Origin: Amphiscolops sp. MND2022
Lineage: Eukaryota
NCBI GenBank assembly: GCA_964187785.1
Contig: OZ076410.1
Coordinates: 62,744,001-62,808,000, forward strand
Reading direction: 5' to 3'
DNA: 64,000 nucleotides
The notes under the pieces are model-generated. The model saw only the letters and a list, made by a program, of their open reading frames with translations, searched no databases and was not told the DNA's origin. Made by a program: the position numbers and the translations under genes. This document shows positions 36,001 to 49,299 of this stretch, piece after piece. Each line of letters begins with the position of its first letter. Within the stretch, counting starts at the first letter, position 1.

Positions 36001-38641
36001 CGGATTAACCGAAAAGTGAATAAAAGTAATCAAAATAGTTTCAACGTAAGCAAAAATCAAAAACTTGGCTTGCAAACCAAGCACTACATTACAAAGACAT
36101 TGAGAGCTAATTTCCGTAATATTTGTCATTGAAGTTTCAAACAAATACGGATTTAAACTAGATTAAATTTTAAATTTTTATCGAAGACATTTCTTTTGAA
36201 TATCAATAGTTTCAGAGACATGGGCAGAAAAGTGGAATGCTCCAAACATTACTATCAATTAAGAGTTTCATTCTTTTATCACAGGACTGTATACACTCCT
36301 GTTACTTTATTATATATAACACAATTATTCACCGTGCCAGATTATTCGATTATTCTCTGGCTACAATTACTAAATTCGCATTCGTATGACGTTTCACATT
36401 TGTATTTGAAAGCTCTAGGCGTAGGAAGGAATGACTTACACTGGTTCGCTTCAACGCACGATCAACGCATTTTGGTTCATCTGAAGCAATTATATATACT
36501 TTTAAAAACTCACGAAAACGACAAAAAATTGTACAAAAACTGCATGCAATTGGGAAAATTTGAGAGATTTTTTTGCCTTCTGATCAACTTTGAAAAAGGT
36601 GGATTTTTTTAAAAAAAACAGCCAAGTCTCCGAACGCTGTGTATGTATGAAACATGGCATAATACAGATGAATTGTGAATTGAACTTTTCGTGGTTTTTT
36701 CGAACAACAGATTCCTAAAAATGTTCAAATTTTCTACACAAATTCCAATGCTACGAACCCCCTTTTTTGTAATTGGATTCTCTGAAAGAACCTCTTTAAG
36801 TTCGGAATAAATTCGGAACATAGCAAAATTTGTAAAACAAAAAACCTGGCTGACTTAAATATTTTAGTTTTCCAAATATGAAATATGGGGACGGACAATG
36901 ATTCACAAATTGGGGGTCAAGCGCCAATCAATTAATTGTTTCAACTAATTGAAAACCATTCCTTCTGAAAGCCCTTGTTTAAGCCCCAGATGCGATTGAA
37001 GCTTCGCAATAACTTAAAATCGTGAGACCTCACTCAAGCAGCAAGGAAACGTTTTTGTAATTATTGAAAAGCTCAACAACTTTTACACCATTCAAAAGAG
37101 ACGCGATGTAAGCGACAGAAATGAACAGTACCGCGCAAAAGAGCAAATTTTGATTGAGCTCCATGTAGAAGAAGCGAATGAATAAACAAAATCAAACAAC
37201 CAATGAGCACAGTTTTTAGTACAGGAATCAAAAGCATATGCAGCGTTTGAGAATTCACACGAAATAACAGGAAACTGATTAAATCAGATCACTGTAACGT
37301 GCTTCTCAGACATCGATCAATTCAGGATTCACTTCAGGATTCAATTCAGGGCTTCAATGAAACCAAATTAGAAAAAGTTGCATTAAAAAAACGCCAGTCC
37401 GGAAAACAACAAATATCGGATTTCGCGTGCTGCGAAAGACAATCAATTTAAAAAATCTCACAATGCCAAAAACTAAAATGTGGACCCTATAGGCTTTTTG
37501 AAAAACCACATTGTTGCGAATTATCAAAAAAGTGAAGGGGGACCCTTTGGGGACATGAAAAATTTTCAAAAAGAGTCACAAGCCAAGCTAACAAGTAAAA
37601 ACAGTTTTTTGGTCAAGTGCGAAGAAATTCTAGTCACGCAGTGCAACTAATTTTATCAATGTAAAGTTCAACTTATTTGAGCTAATCGTTCACTGGTCAT
37701 GACAGTAAGCAAAATTTTCAACCGTCACTTGATTTGAATAAATCGCTTACTGATCATGACAGTAGGCAAAAGTTATAAACATAAATTTATGATTTGAATT
37801 CTTGTGATTGAATTCAACTCACTTAGAATTCAAAACTAATCATCATTCAATACTGATGTTTTATCCAACAATTTTTACAACAATGTTTATAAAACCATCT
37901 TAAATATAGTTGAACCAATGACTCACAAAACGCGTAAAATAGCCAAGTTCATTACTGTGCTACACTATTTTATTAATTTACACCATGTATTTACTGTGCT
38001 ACACTATTTGAATATTTGAAACCACCTCATAATTGCTAAGAGGGCGTAATTCAGTCAAAATGTGTAGTGGAAAATTGCGTTACTTAGTCAAAGTCCGTAG
38101 GACTGCATAAGTGCGTAATGCGGTTAATTAGTGTAAATTTTTGCTCCGGCAAATTGTGAAAACCAGTTAATTAGTGAATTCTAGTCATTCAGCGTAATCA
38201 ATTATTACTTGGTGTAGTATGAGAAAAGTGTAAAACTGTATTTGTCATAATACATCACTGTGATTGGTTCTTAATCTGGGATATGTAGTGATAATTTTCT
38301 TAGAGTGTCGCAAGCTGGGAATTGCATATTGTCCGAATCTCACGTAAGGAAAGAATAGTTACATTTTTTGAGACATAGTGACAACTCTTACTTACAACCC
38401 AATCTGAAATCTCTGGTTCTTTTGAATTTTCAAACTACCTCTCCACCTTATTTTAGAAAGACACTCCAATATTTTAATCCGAATTCCGCAATGTTCTTTT
38501 GTCAACTATTTTGCACAACACAAAATTTTCAAAACGCGGTCGGATGATAAACCTATGAAATTTTACTTCAATAATAATCCCCTACCCATTTCTTGAATGT
38601 CTAGACTTATATACACATACTTTGAACAATAATGTGATTTT

Positions 38642-39625
38642 TAGTCGGCGCTTTTATTAATAAAAGAGCCCGACTATTACAGTCACTCGTTTTTTTTTCT
38701 TTTTTTTTAAGACAGTCTCGAAGCGACGAACGTTAAAATTAACGTTCACCTACTAAAAGTACTAAACTACTGGACCGCTAAAGGCAAACACGGCGAGCGC
38801 ATTCATTTACTTTTTCAACGCTACATACAAGCCCGGACGGGACTAATGTTTCGTACACCCCCCCTTTCGATTTTTTTTCGGCGCTGTGAGATTTTTTTTT
38901 CGAATTTTTTTTAATGTCCCCAAAGGGTCCCCCCTTTGAGTTTTTTGTTATTTTGCTACAGAATGCGTGTTTATAAATCAAAAAGGGTCCCCCCTTTTAC
39001 ATTTTTTGGCACTGTGCGACATTTTCCGAAAGAAATTTTTTTCCGAAAATTTCAAAGTTTTTTTTCCAAAAAAAATGTTTTGCGCTTTTTGAGCCTTAGA
39101 TATAGCGCCGACTTGAGGCGTTCTCGTCTTGTTAGTCGGCGCTTTTATTAATAAAAGAGCCCGACTATTACAGTCACTCGTTTTTTTTCTTTTTTTTAAG
39201 ACAGTCTCGAAGCGACGAACGTTAAAATTAACGTTCACCTACTAAAAGTACTAAACTACTGGACCGCTAAAGGCAAACACGGAGAGCGCATTCATTTACT
39301 TTTTCAACGCTACATACAAGCCCGGACGGGACTAAAGTTTCGTACACCCCCCCCCCCCTTTCGATTTTTTTTCGGCGCTGTGAGATTTTTTTTTCGAATT
39401 TTTTTTAATGTCCCCAAAGGGTCCCCCCTTTGAGTTTTTTGTTATTTTGCTACAGAATGCGTGTTTATAAATCAAAAAGGGTCCCCCCTTTTACATTTTT
39501 CGGCACTGTGCGACATTTTCCGAAAGAAATTTTTTCCGAAAATTTCAAAGTTTTTTTCCAAAAAAAATGTTTTGCGCTTTTTGAGCCTTAGATATAGCGC
39601 CGACTTGAGGCGTTCTCGTCTTGTT
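38642..39625 (-). mobile_element. Head-to-tail tandem pair of near-identical HINE/DINE-1-like elements (~492 bp each)
   Basis: Copy 1 38642-39133 and copy 2 39133-39625, joined as ...cgtcttgtT|Tagtcggcg sharing a single T. Exact subTIR pair AGTCGGCGCT/AGCGCCGACT and a 3' hairpin in each copy. Confidence 0.85.
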
Positions 39626-40499
39626 ACTTATATCCTCACCAGAACGGATAGTATAGCCTTGGCGCTCAGTTGTTTCTATATCAGACCTCACAACTGCAGC
39701 TGTATTATAGTCTTAAAACCTTAAAGTACTTCTGAGACAACATCAACCAAAGAAGAGCACAAGTACTTTACTACTTTCTAAGGAAGAATGTTTCCAGTTC
39801 AGGGGGATATGATCCACAAAAAGGAAGAAAATTTAGACTTTTTCATCCTTTTTTGGCCCGAAAAAACAAGAATGCTAAACTTTTTCAAGTCAGTTCTAGA
39901 CTACAATGTACAGTGTACAAAAGCATGGGCTCTGTATATGGTCTCGAATATGAGATTCAGCAGATCAAAGTTGAGAAACAGTCGAAACTAGCATGAAATC
40001 TTTGCAAAAAAGCCAAGAGGTCGTTTTTTTTCTAATTTGTTTTTGCGAAAACGTAGCCTAGGCTCTTGCGCAACTTTTAACGAAATCATACTATCCATAA
40101 CTGTTCTTGGGTTTTGAAAAATTTGCCTCGCAAGTTCGAAAATTAGGCACGTCACGAAATGAGGTAAAAAATTCCCGAAGAATGTTTTCCTCTTTTGATC
40201 ACATATTATTCAGTGGAAAAATTCGTATTTTAACAATATTTCGCAATGTACGCGGTGAGTAATGTACGTCATATTCACCGTGCAGTTTGACAAACGGTGA
40301 TTACACAAGATGCTAATTTGCAAAATTAACGCATGAAAAGAAACGGTGAACAAGAGGAAACATTTTGACATTTAGAAACTAGAAAACAGTCGCAGAGTAC
40401 CGTAAAAACGTCTTTGAAAAAATCCGGATAGTATCGAAAAATTTATTGGTTGATATGTTCTGAGAAAACCTGATATCAGACAAAAAACGAGAGTTTTGA

Positions 40500-40843
40500 A
40501 CGAGAGTCTCGTTATGTCGAAAAATGTGAAATGGGGACCCTTTGGAAGAATGTTTTAACGTCCATTTTGTTGTAAAATGTCAAAAAGTTGAATGGGAGAC
40601 CCACTGGAGAAAGCTGCAAAAAAGGGTGGGATATCTCATAGTGCCAAAAAAGTGAAAAAGGGGGGCCCTTCTGCTTTGAAATGGTCTTGTATTTCACGTT
40701 AGAGGCCTTGGATGCGTTCGAAATTAAGTACTAAGTACTTATGATAAAAGTGCACTGTGCACAAAAAGTAGACCGATCGCGTTGAGCTGACAAAAAATAC
40801 CCCCAATGTTAGAGTCTGGCTTTTTCTTGAAGACGCCGACTAA
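40500..40843 (+). mobile_element. 3' part of a diverged HINE-like element
   Basis: Contains GGGGACCCTTTGG cores and ends AGAGTCTGGCTTTTTCTTGAAGACGCCGACTAAAAAA. Confidence 0.6.
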
Positions 40844-42659
40844 AAAAACTGAACATGAGTAATCACATCTGATTACTTATGGTCTGCTTTTTTTTCTAAT
40901 TTCACTAATTGGAAACAATGATGTCTGTAAATATCATTTGTTTTCAGTTAGTAAACTTTCAATTCAATTTCCTTGAAAAGGCTTTCCTTGTCTTTGTTCA
41001 AAAATGAACTGTGTAAGGAACTTCACTTCGAGCAAAGTGTCTTCCCGTGGTTATGCCTAATTGATAAAAAATCGGAAATGGCTAGTTAAAAACAATTGGT
41101 GAAGGAAGGTACAGCTCTGATCAAACATAGGAAATGAAGGTGATTGGACTATTTATTAGAGCTTCAATTGACATCCTTCCTCTGTATTTCATCAGAAAAC
41201 CGCTGTAGAAAAATCAAAAAGTATTTGGAAAAGCAATGGACTGTAATGATTTTTATACTATCATAACTGGTTAGAAACATTAACCTATTTGAAACATTAT
41301 TCAAGAGATCAGCTGTCTCGTAGAAGTAAAATTTTCCTGAAGCAGTAATCTATAAACTAACCAAACCTAAAGGTACTATTCAACAACCGATCACTTTGAC
41401 TGGTCCACCGTGATTGAAATATTAAACCCCGACCGAAAGCTGATTGTGAGATTATGTATTGTTTATGTATTGAAAATAAAAACTTCAACAGACGCAATGG
41501 AACTGGAGAAGAGACGTTATATAAGCTGTACTATTATAGTTTAATTTCAAAAGATACCGAAGTTCTACTCTGTTTAAAGGCGACTTCCCCCACTGCGGGA
41601 CCATTTCTTGAAAAGCAAAATCAAAACAGTCTTAGAATGCTAAACAGCGGTGAACTACCCAAGTCTGCGCAACCTGAAAATTTTCTTTTCATTCTAGTAG
41701 TTCCAGGTAGAACTTGTTTGAAGAGAAAGCGGCAATTTCGCTCATCAAAGATTTGTCATTTCCTTAAAAAAATATCAGGGACAATCACGCAGTTTGCAAA
41801 CTTTCACTTCTCAGCTAATGATCTGATGTAACAATCATTTCTAAAGCTCCCTTTTAGGTGACTCTAGTTTGCAGTTTAAAATGAGGCTGCTTTCAACAAT
41901 AGAAATCATATGTATTTAAACAATCAGACCGTCACGGTTCCAATACCTGATGAAGTTGAATTCAAAAGGGAAAATTTAATGCAAATATGAAATTTGTGAA
42001 AGTTTCAGAAAATTATGATAAAAATGACTGCCGCCCATAAAAATTTCAGCAGTTTCAACCAGGGTGAAACATTTCAGGGAAGTCTTTGATGAAACTAATT
42101 GGAGTCCTTCTCAGGACTGTAACCGAAGATGACTTAGCACAGTTGGCACCACAAAGAGAGCAAAAGGCTGTCTTTGTAGAAGGATCGAATTAAGAAAAAG
42201 CCTCACGATTGTAGTTACAGATTGTAATCCATTTGGTATCACTGTACACGGTCCAATGGTTTATCACTGTACACGGTCCGAAAAAAATGGGAAAGGACAT
42301 TTTCTTTTTTGACGCCAAGAATAACGTGAATAATGAAATCAATGAGTGTGGCAAGAAAAGTATTATGGATCAATTAGCTTAGTTTTCGAACATGAAAATT
42401 AGTACAACAAGAGACACGCATAATCTACATTGGGTTCTCTTCGAACAATGGTGAAATGGGATTACACTGGCATTCAACCAATCCCAGGTTGATGAGGGCT
42501 TAATATCGGCTAATCATCCATGATCATGGCTCTCATGAGATCCAATGACTCATCAATTATGATCTATGACAGAAAGCTAAATGCTTTGGTAACAATAGAA
42601 GGTTCTAGCATGTTCTTGTTGTTGAAATTTATTCATTTCTTTAATTTCGCACCTTATAC

Positions 42660-44030
42660 AACAGTGAAACAGCCAGCGCGTTGACTGAATTTGTTCAGAA
42701 AACCGCGTTAACTGTGGTGCTGCCTCAGCCATACTTTTTAGCAATGGCAGTCCTGGTTGATTAAATATTTAGCCAATCCAAATATAATTCAACTGGATTT
42801 GACTCGACATCTCAGTTAACGGATCAATCTACATAACTACTTAATACCGTTTAACCTATAATTAGTGCAATATTCTAACCGATCCACGCCTTTGGAGAAG
42901 CCTGAAATAAGGAGAGATAAAGAATGAAGCAACTAGTTTCGATGCTGCTTTGAAGTTGTTTTGTCGTTAAGTTTTATACAAGTCTGAGTCAACACCCCAG
43001 GCAGCATACTATAACTCTCTATCTGGGCCACCACCCAGGATATTCTATCCATGGGATTTTCGATAAAGCTGAAGATTGGTGAGTTATAATGGCTTTGATT
43101 ATTCTGTACATGAATTAATCAGTGCTATGGTGCTATTTTAGATGTAATTGTTGCATTCTGATATCATTCTTTCTAGTTGAGTGACTTTTTGTTTTGATGG
43201 AACGAGTTAACACTCTTGACAACCGTTTTGTTGCCTCGAAAAAGTTCTTGTTGCCTGGAAGTTTGCCTGGATTTTTCATGCTCAGTTTTGCCCGAAAATG
43301 ATGTTTTTAGGCCTTATTTGATCCTCTAGTTCATCATTATCGCCAATATCTCATTTAGTCCAGTACCTAGGCCAGTATCTTTTCCCCCGTCAAGACCTAG
43401 GTTTATAAACTTCAGTGTCAGCTTCGGCTTCAGCGTCGTGAATTGGCGGAAGGCGGAATTAGGACTTCGACAGGAAATCGAGTCCCACTTTTCCTTAAAA
43501 GTGAGGTAATACTGAAGACAGAATCCCGAGGAAGCCTACCTAATTTGGTAGTTTTTGCCTCCGAAGGATGCATAGTTGAAAAAGGTCTGAGGTTCACGCG
43601 CGTGATTTATCCCGCGTGTCTAGTCCAAACTATATATATCTGACGCGGGACTGGAAAACACAGTACTGCTCTTCGTTTAGTTTCAGGCAAAACCACTTTT
43701 GTATCAAACTTAGTTGAATGTTTTTTTATCACTTAGCATTGTGATTTCGTCACTTATTTTAGTTGTACAATTGTTTGTTCCTTTATGATAATATTTTCCT
43801 GATTCAATTCAACAAACTAAAGAGATTACTTGGCAGAGAAACCCCAAATCTCTAACGTGTATAAACAGTACGAACGAACCAATAATTTTTTATTACCCTG
43901 CTTAAACGTTTCCCTGAGAACTATACACGAGGAGTGAAGTGAGAAGAGATTGAAGACAGATTTTCAGGAAGAAGCAGGATTAGACGTAGACCATGATCTC
44001 CGAACAGTTGAAAACTCGAGGCTGTCCGAG
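42660..44030 (-). repeat. Interspersed repeat (diverged second copy at ~61560-62880), possibly 5'UTR/ORF1 of a LINE
   Basis: Colinear shared blocks: cagcgcgttg.ctga.tttg.tcag (42674/61566), gaattggcgga (43440/62285), acgtagac..gatc.cc.aacagttga (43984/62825). Minus peptide IDELENE...SWSSSRQQV weakly resembles LINE ORF1 coiled-coil/RRM starts. Confidence 0.6.
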
Positions 44031-47000
44031 AGGGATTTCGAGTACATTACTAATAAAATTGAGAACAAAGAGACATAAAGATGCCGAACCAGGGAAACGG
44101 GAAAGACTGACGCTTATCGAGAGTATGTTGTCTAAAGTCGACAGTTTGACAGTGTCACAGTTAAGGCCCTGTACATTTAATTGAGACGCCAAGGAAAGAG
44201 AGAGTTCCAGGGAAGAAATCTCAAAAGATTTTGAGGATCCCGTTGGAATAACCCAGCAGAGCAGTTATGACACGACCACAGGATTTCTCCGTGAGCCACA
44301 CATACCTAGTTACACCCGTTCATCCAGTTTACCGCTCCCACTGGAGGCACTCGATTGAAATTTTCAACAAACTACTAGAGTCTCTCTACAACACGAACAA
44401 ACAAAGTAGAGGCCTGGTTAAAAAGATGAAGGAAAATATTTTCTGAGAAAAATGAAAAAATGTATTTTTGGCAGAAACTCGAAGGCCCGTCTACCGAAGG
44501 CACTCGCAACGACGATGCCCGGCTTTGACGCGAGAAATGAAAAGTTTGCAAACTTTGAGGACCTCGATTCACTTCTGAGGGCTGACGCCCTTCAAGGATT
44601 CCACAACATGACAGAATCCATCAAATCGGGTCTCAAAGACATCATGGCAGTTATCAAACGATAAAGATAACATGATCAGCGGCCACCGCTAGATAGAAGC
44701 TGGAAAAATTAACCTTCATCTCAGCGAATCAAAACGTTCAAGTTTTTCTTGAAACATGCCAAAAAATGGCTCAGGAAGCATACGCAGACGAAACCCCGAA
44801 GTTCCGGAAATCATTGAGACTTCGTTTTATGCAAAATACCCAATCATTCAAATCGAGTTCTAAATCGAGTCCGCCCGGAGACGCATCGTACAAAACCATC
44901 GTCCAACAACTCGGGTAAGCGGCCTTGTTGCGCCAGAGACAACTTCAATCAATGGCATCAACAACCTTGATACAGCTCAAAATTAGGCCAAGTACGCAAC
45001 CAAACTTGAATTGGCCCATGCTTCGATTGTGGCAACCGGAGCCACCTTCTTCGAAACCGACAGAAAAACCAGTCGAAAGAAAAAACCACAACGAATTTCC
45101 AACAATTTCACCAACTCATGTGATACGTCTTCGCTTTTAAAAAAATTAAGCCATGTCTTCGCTTCGGGACTACGCTCATTATCGGCTCTACACTGGATCA
45201 CAACACCGAAGGATTTTGAAGGAGCAATGTTTGTAGAGTGCTCGGGAGAACCATCAACAGACTCGAAGCTGAGATGGCTCATCAGGAGACTCACAAAGTT
45301 CAACAAGAGTACGAGAGACAAACTACCCTACACAGACTGGAACATTTATAATCACAATTTGCACAATTCCACTAGACGACGCCTCCTACAGCAACCGCAC
45401 GAGACACATCTACGAATGTGACCCCTAACATAACCGGTCCTTATTTGATGCCGAGAAACTAATTTTTAACAGTCTATCAAGGTGCCCTTCCACGTTTTCG
45501 CCAAAAGTACCAAAATGAACGTCTCTAGAACCAGACGAAAGGAAACTGGAAACACAAGTTATGCCGCCCCATAACAAGCTGATGAACACGACCCAGAATT
45601 TATAGTGCTTGGAGCACCACAAGAAAAAACATAGGCCCAACAGCATGTCGCGCTTGGGCACGAGCAGAAACATTCAATGGTCTGCAGAAGGTGCTACAAA
45701 TCATTTTTGTTCCAGGGTCCACAACCTTGTGAACTTATCCAGTCTCAGAGGAGGATATTTTGATAAAAGAACTAAAAAGATGAAGGAAATTTTTTTCTGA
45801 GAAAAATGAAAAAATGTATTTTTGGCAGAAACCCGAAGGCCTCATACTTCATGACGGAAACCTTGATAGTACAAAAAGTAGCCTACATACTTGCCTCATT
45901 TTCTGAGGGAGATTGGTTTTCGTATCTATTTTCAGTTCTGAGAAAAATCAGCTAAAAATTGGAGAAAAATGGAAAAAATTCAGAAAAGTTCTTTCATTAC
46001 TTTACTTGTTAAAAAAATCCAAAGCAAAAAAAATTCGACATCACTTTTAGCCAAAAACGTAGCCTACATAAATTTCGTAAAATTAACGAAACCATGAACC
46101 CCATAATTGGTCTCGGTCATGCAAAAAAGGACCAAGAAATTTTTTTGAAAAAAAATGAAGTTTTTTTGGCAGAAAAACGAAGGTGTAACACTTGATGACG
46201 GTAACTTTGTTGGTCCAAAAAGTAGCCTAAATCTATGCTGTTCCTCTCAAAAGAGAACGGTTTCTGTATCTTTTATCAGAGGGATTTCGAGTACATTACT
46301 AATAAAATTGAGAATAAAGAGACATAAAGATGCCGAACCAGGGAAACGGGAAAGACTGACGCTTATCGAGAGTATGTTGTCTAAAGTCGACAGTTTGACA
46401 GTGTCACCGTTAAGGCCCTTACATTTAATTGAGACGCCAAGGAAAGAGAGAGTTCCAGGGAAGAAATGTCAAAAGATTTTGAGGATCCCGTTGGAATAAC
46501 CCAGCAGAGCAGTTATGACACGACGACAGGATTTCTCCGTGAGCCACACATACCTAGTCACACCCGTTCATCCAGTTTACCGCTCCCACTGGAGACACTC
46601 GATTGAAATTTTCAACAAACTACTAGAGTCTCTCTACAACACGAACAAACAAAGTAGAGGCCTGGTTAAAAAGATGAAGGAAAATATTTTCTGAGAAAAA
46701 TGAAAAAATGTATTTTTGGCAGAAACCCGAAGGCCCGTCTACCGAAGGCACTCGCAACGACGATGCCCGGCTTTGACGCGAGAAATGAAAAGTTTGCAAA
46801 TTTTGAGGACCTCGATTCACTTCTGAGGGCAGGCGCCCTTCAAGGATTCCACAACATGACAGAATCCATCAAATCGGGTCTCAAAGACACCATGGCAGTT
46901 ATCAAACGATAAAGATAACATGATCAGCGGCCACCGCTAGATAGAAGCTGGAAAAATTAACCTTCATCTCAGCGAATCAAAACGTTCAAGTTTTTCTTGA

Positions 47001-48863
47001 AACATGCCAAAAAATGGCTCAGGAAGCATACGCAGACGAAACCCCGAAGTTCCGGAAATCATTGAGACTTCGTTTTATGCAAAATACCCAATCATTCAAA
47101 TCGAGTTATAAATCGAGTCCGCCCGGAGACGCATCGTACGAAACCATCGTCCAACAACTCGGGTAAGCGGCCTTGTTGCGCCAGAGACAACTTCAATCAA
47201 TGGCATCAACAACCTTGATACAGCTCAAAATTAGGCCAAGTACGCAACCAAACTTGAATTGGCCCATGCTTCGATTGTGGCAACTGGAGCCACCTTCTTC
47301 GAAACCGACAGAAAAACCAGTCGAAAGAAAAAACCACAACGAATTTCCAACAATTTCACCAACCAATGTGATACGTCTTGGCTTTTAAAAAAATTAAGCC
47401 ACGTCTTCGCTTCGGGACTACGCTCATTATCGGCTCTACACTGGATCACAACACCGAAGGATTTTGAAGGAGCAATGTTTGTAGAGTGCTCGGGAGAACC
47501 ATCAACAGACTCGAAGCTGAGATGGCTCATCAGGAGACTCACAAAGTTCAACAAGAGTACGAGAGACAAACTACCCTACACAGACTGGAACATTTATAAT
47601 CACATTTTGCACAATTCCACTAGACGACGCCTCCTACAGCAACCGCCCGAGACACATCTACGAATGCGACCCCTAACATAACCGGTCCTTATTTGATGCC
47701 GAGAAACTCTTTTTTAACAGTCTATCATGGTGCCCTTCCACGTTTTCGCCAAAAGTGCCAATATGAACGTCTCTAGAACCAGACGAAAGGAAACTGGAAA
47801 CACAAGTTATGCCGCCCTATAACAAGCTGATGAACACGACCCAGAATTTATAGTGCTTGGAGCACCACAAGAAAAAACATAGGCCCAACAGCATGTCGCG
47901 CTTGGGCACGAGCAGAAACATTCAATGGTCTGCAGAAGGTGTTACAAATCATTTTTGTTCCAGGGTCCACAACCTTGTGAACTTATCCAGTCTCAGAGGA
48001 GGATATTTTGATAAAAGAACTAAAAAGATGAAGGAAATTTTTTTCTGAGAAAAATGAAAAAATGTATTTTTGGCAGAAACCCGAAGGCCTCATACTTCAT
48101 GACGGAAACCTTGATAGTACAAAAAGTAGCCTACATACTTGCCTCATTTTCTGAGGGAGATTGGTTTTCGTATCTATTTTCAGTTCTGAGAAAAATCAGC
48201 TACCAATTGGAGAAAAATGGAAAAAATTCAGAAAAGTCCTTTCATTACTTTATTTGTTAAAAAAAATCCAAAGCAAAAAAAATTTCGACATCACTTTTAG
48301 CCAAAAACGTAGCCTACATAAATTTCGTAAAATTAACGAATTCATGAACCCCATAATTGGTCTCGGTCATGCAAAAAAGGACTAAGAAGTTTTTTTGAAA
48401 AAAATGAAGTTTTTTTGGCAGAAAAACGAAGGTGTAACACTTGATGACGGTAACTTTGTTGGTCCAAAAAGTAGCCTATATCTATGCTGTTCCTCTCAAA
48501 AGAGAACGGTTTCTGTATCTTTTATCAGAGGGATTTCGAGTACATTACTAATAAAATTGAGAACAAAGAGACATAAAGATGCCGAACCAGGGAAACGGGA
48601 AAGACTGACGCTTATCGAGAGTATGTTGTCTAAAGTCGACAGTTTGACAGTGTCACAGTTAAGGCCCTGTACATTTAATTGAGACGCCAAGGAAAGAGAG
48701 AGTTCCAGGGAAGAAATCTCAAAAGATTTTGAGGATCCCGTTGGAATAACCCAGTAGAGCAGTTATGACACGACGACAGGATTTCTCCGTGAGCCACACA
48801 TACCTAGTCACACCCGTTCATCCAGTTTACCGCTCCCACTGGAGACACTCGATTGAAATTTTC
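44029..48863 (+). repeat. Tandem duplication, period ~2248-2249 bp, ~2.15 copies; unit contains a gag-like remnant
   Basis: agagggatttcgagtacattac occurs at 44029, 46278 and 48527. ORF pairs 44452/46700, 44925/47173 and 45609/47857 are offset by 2248. GPCFDCGNRSHLLRN (degenerate knuckle) lies at ~45014 and ~47262. Confidence 0.95.
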
Positions 48864-49299
48864 GAAACAAAAAATTTGTACAATTTACGAAACCATGAAC
48901 CCTGTATTCGGTCTCAGTTCTGCGATATAGGGGATCAAAGATGAAAGATAGTCAAAAAAAGCATTTTTCAAAAATTCTTTTGAAAAAAAACCGATGAAGC
49001 CAAATCAAAAAGGTAGCCTAGGATCCTGCGCAACGTTTAGCGAAATCATGGTGTCCGTATCTGTTCTGGGTTTTGAGAATTTTTCCTCACAAACTTGAAA
49101 AATTGGCACATGTCACAAAATCTGCGAAAAAAACGTCACCATATGGGAATCGCTCAAAGCTCGTGCCCCAAAAACGTCACCGTATGGGCAGCTCGCAAAG
49201 CTCGTGTCCCAAAACCATACTGCCACTCCTTAAGAACTCTGACAAACCTTCATCGAATTCCAGTCACCTCAGAAAGTTCCAGCAACCTCAAATGAGGCC

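Noticed and set aside
38778-39724. Short ORFs within HINE-like elements (also 8294-8491, 34785-35138)
   Set aside because: Chance frames in a non-coding high-copy repeat.
41400-42600. Possible LINE ORF2 (RT) remnant on the minus strand
   Set aside because: Only faint peptide resemblances with many stops; not supportable by eye.
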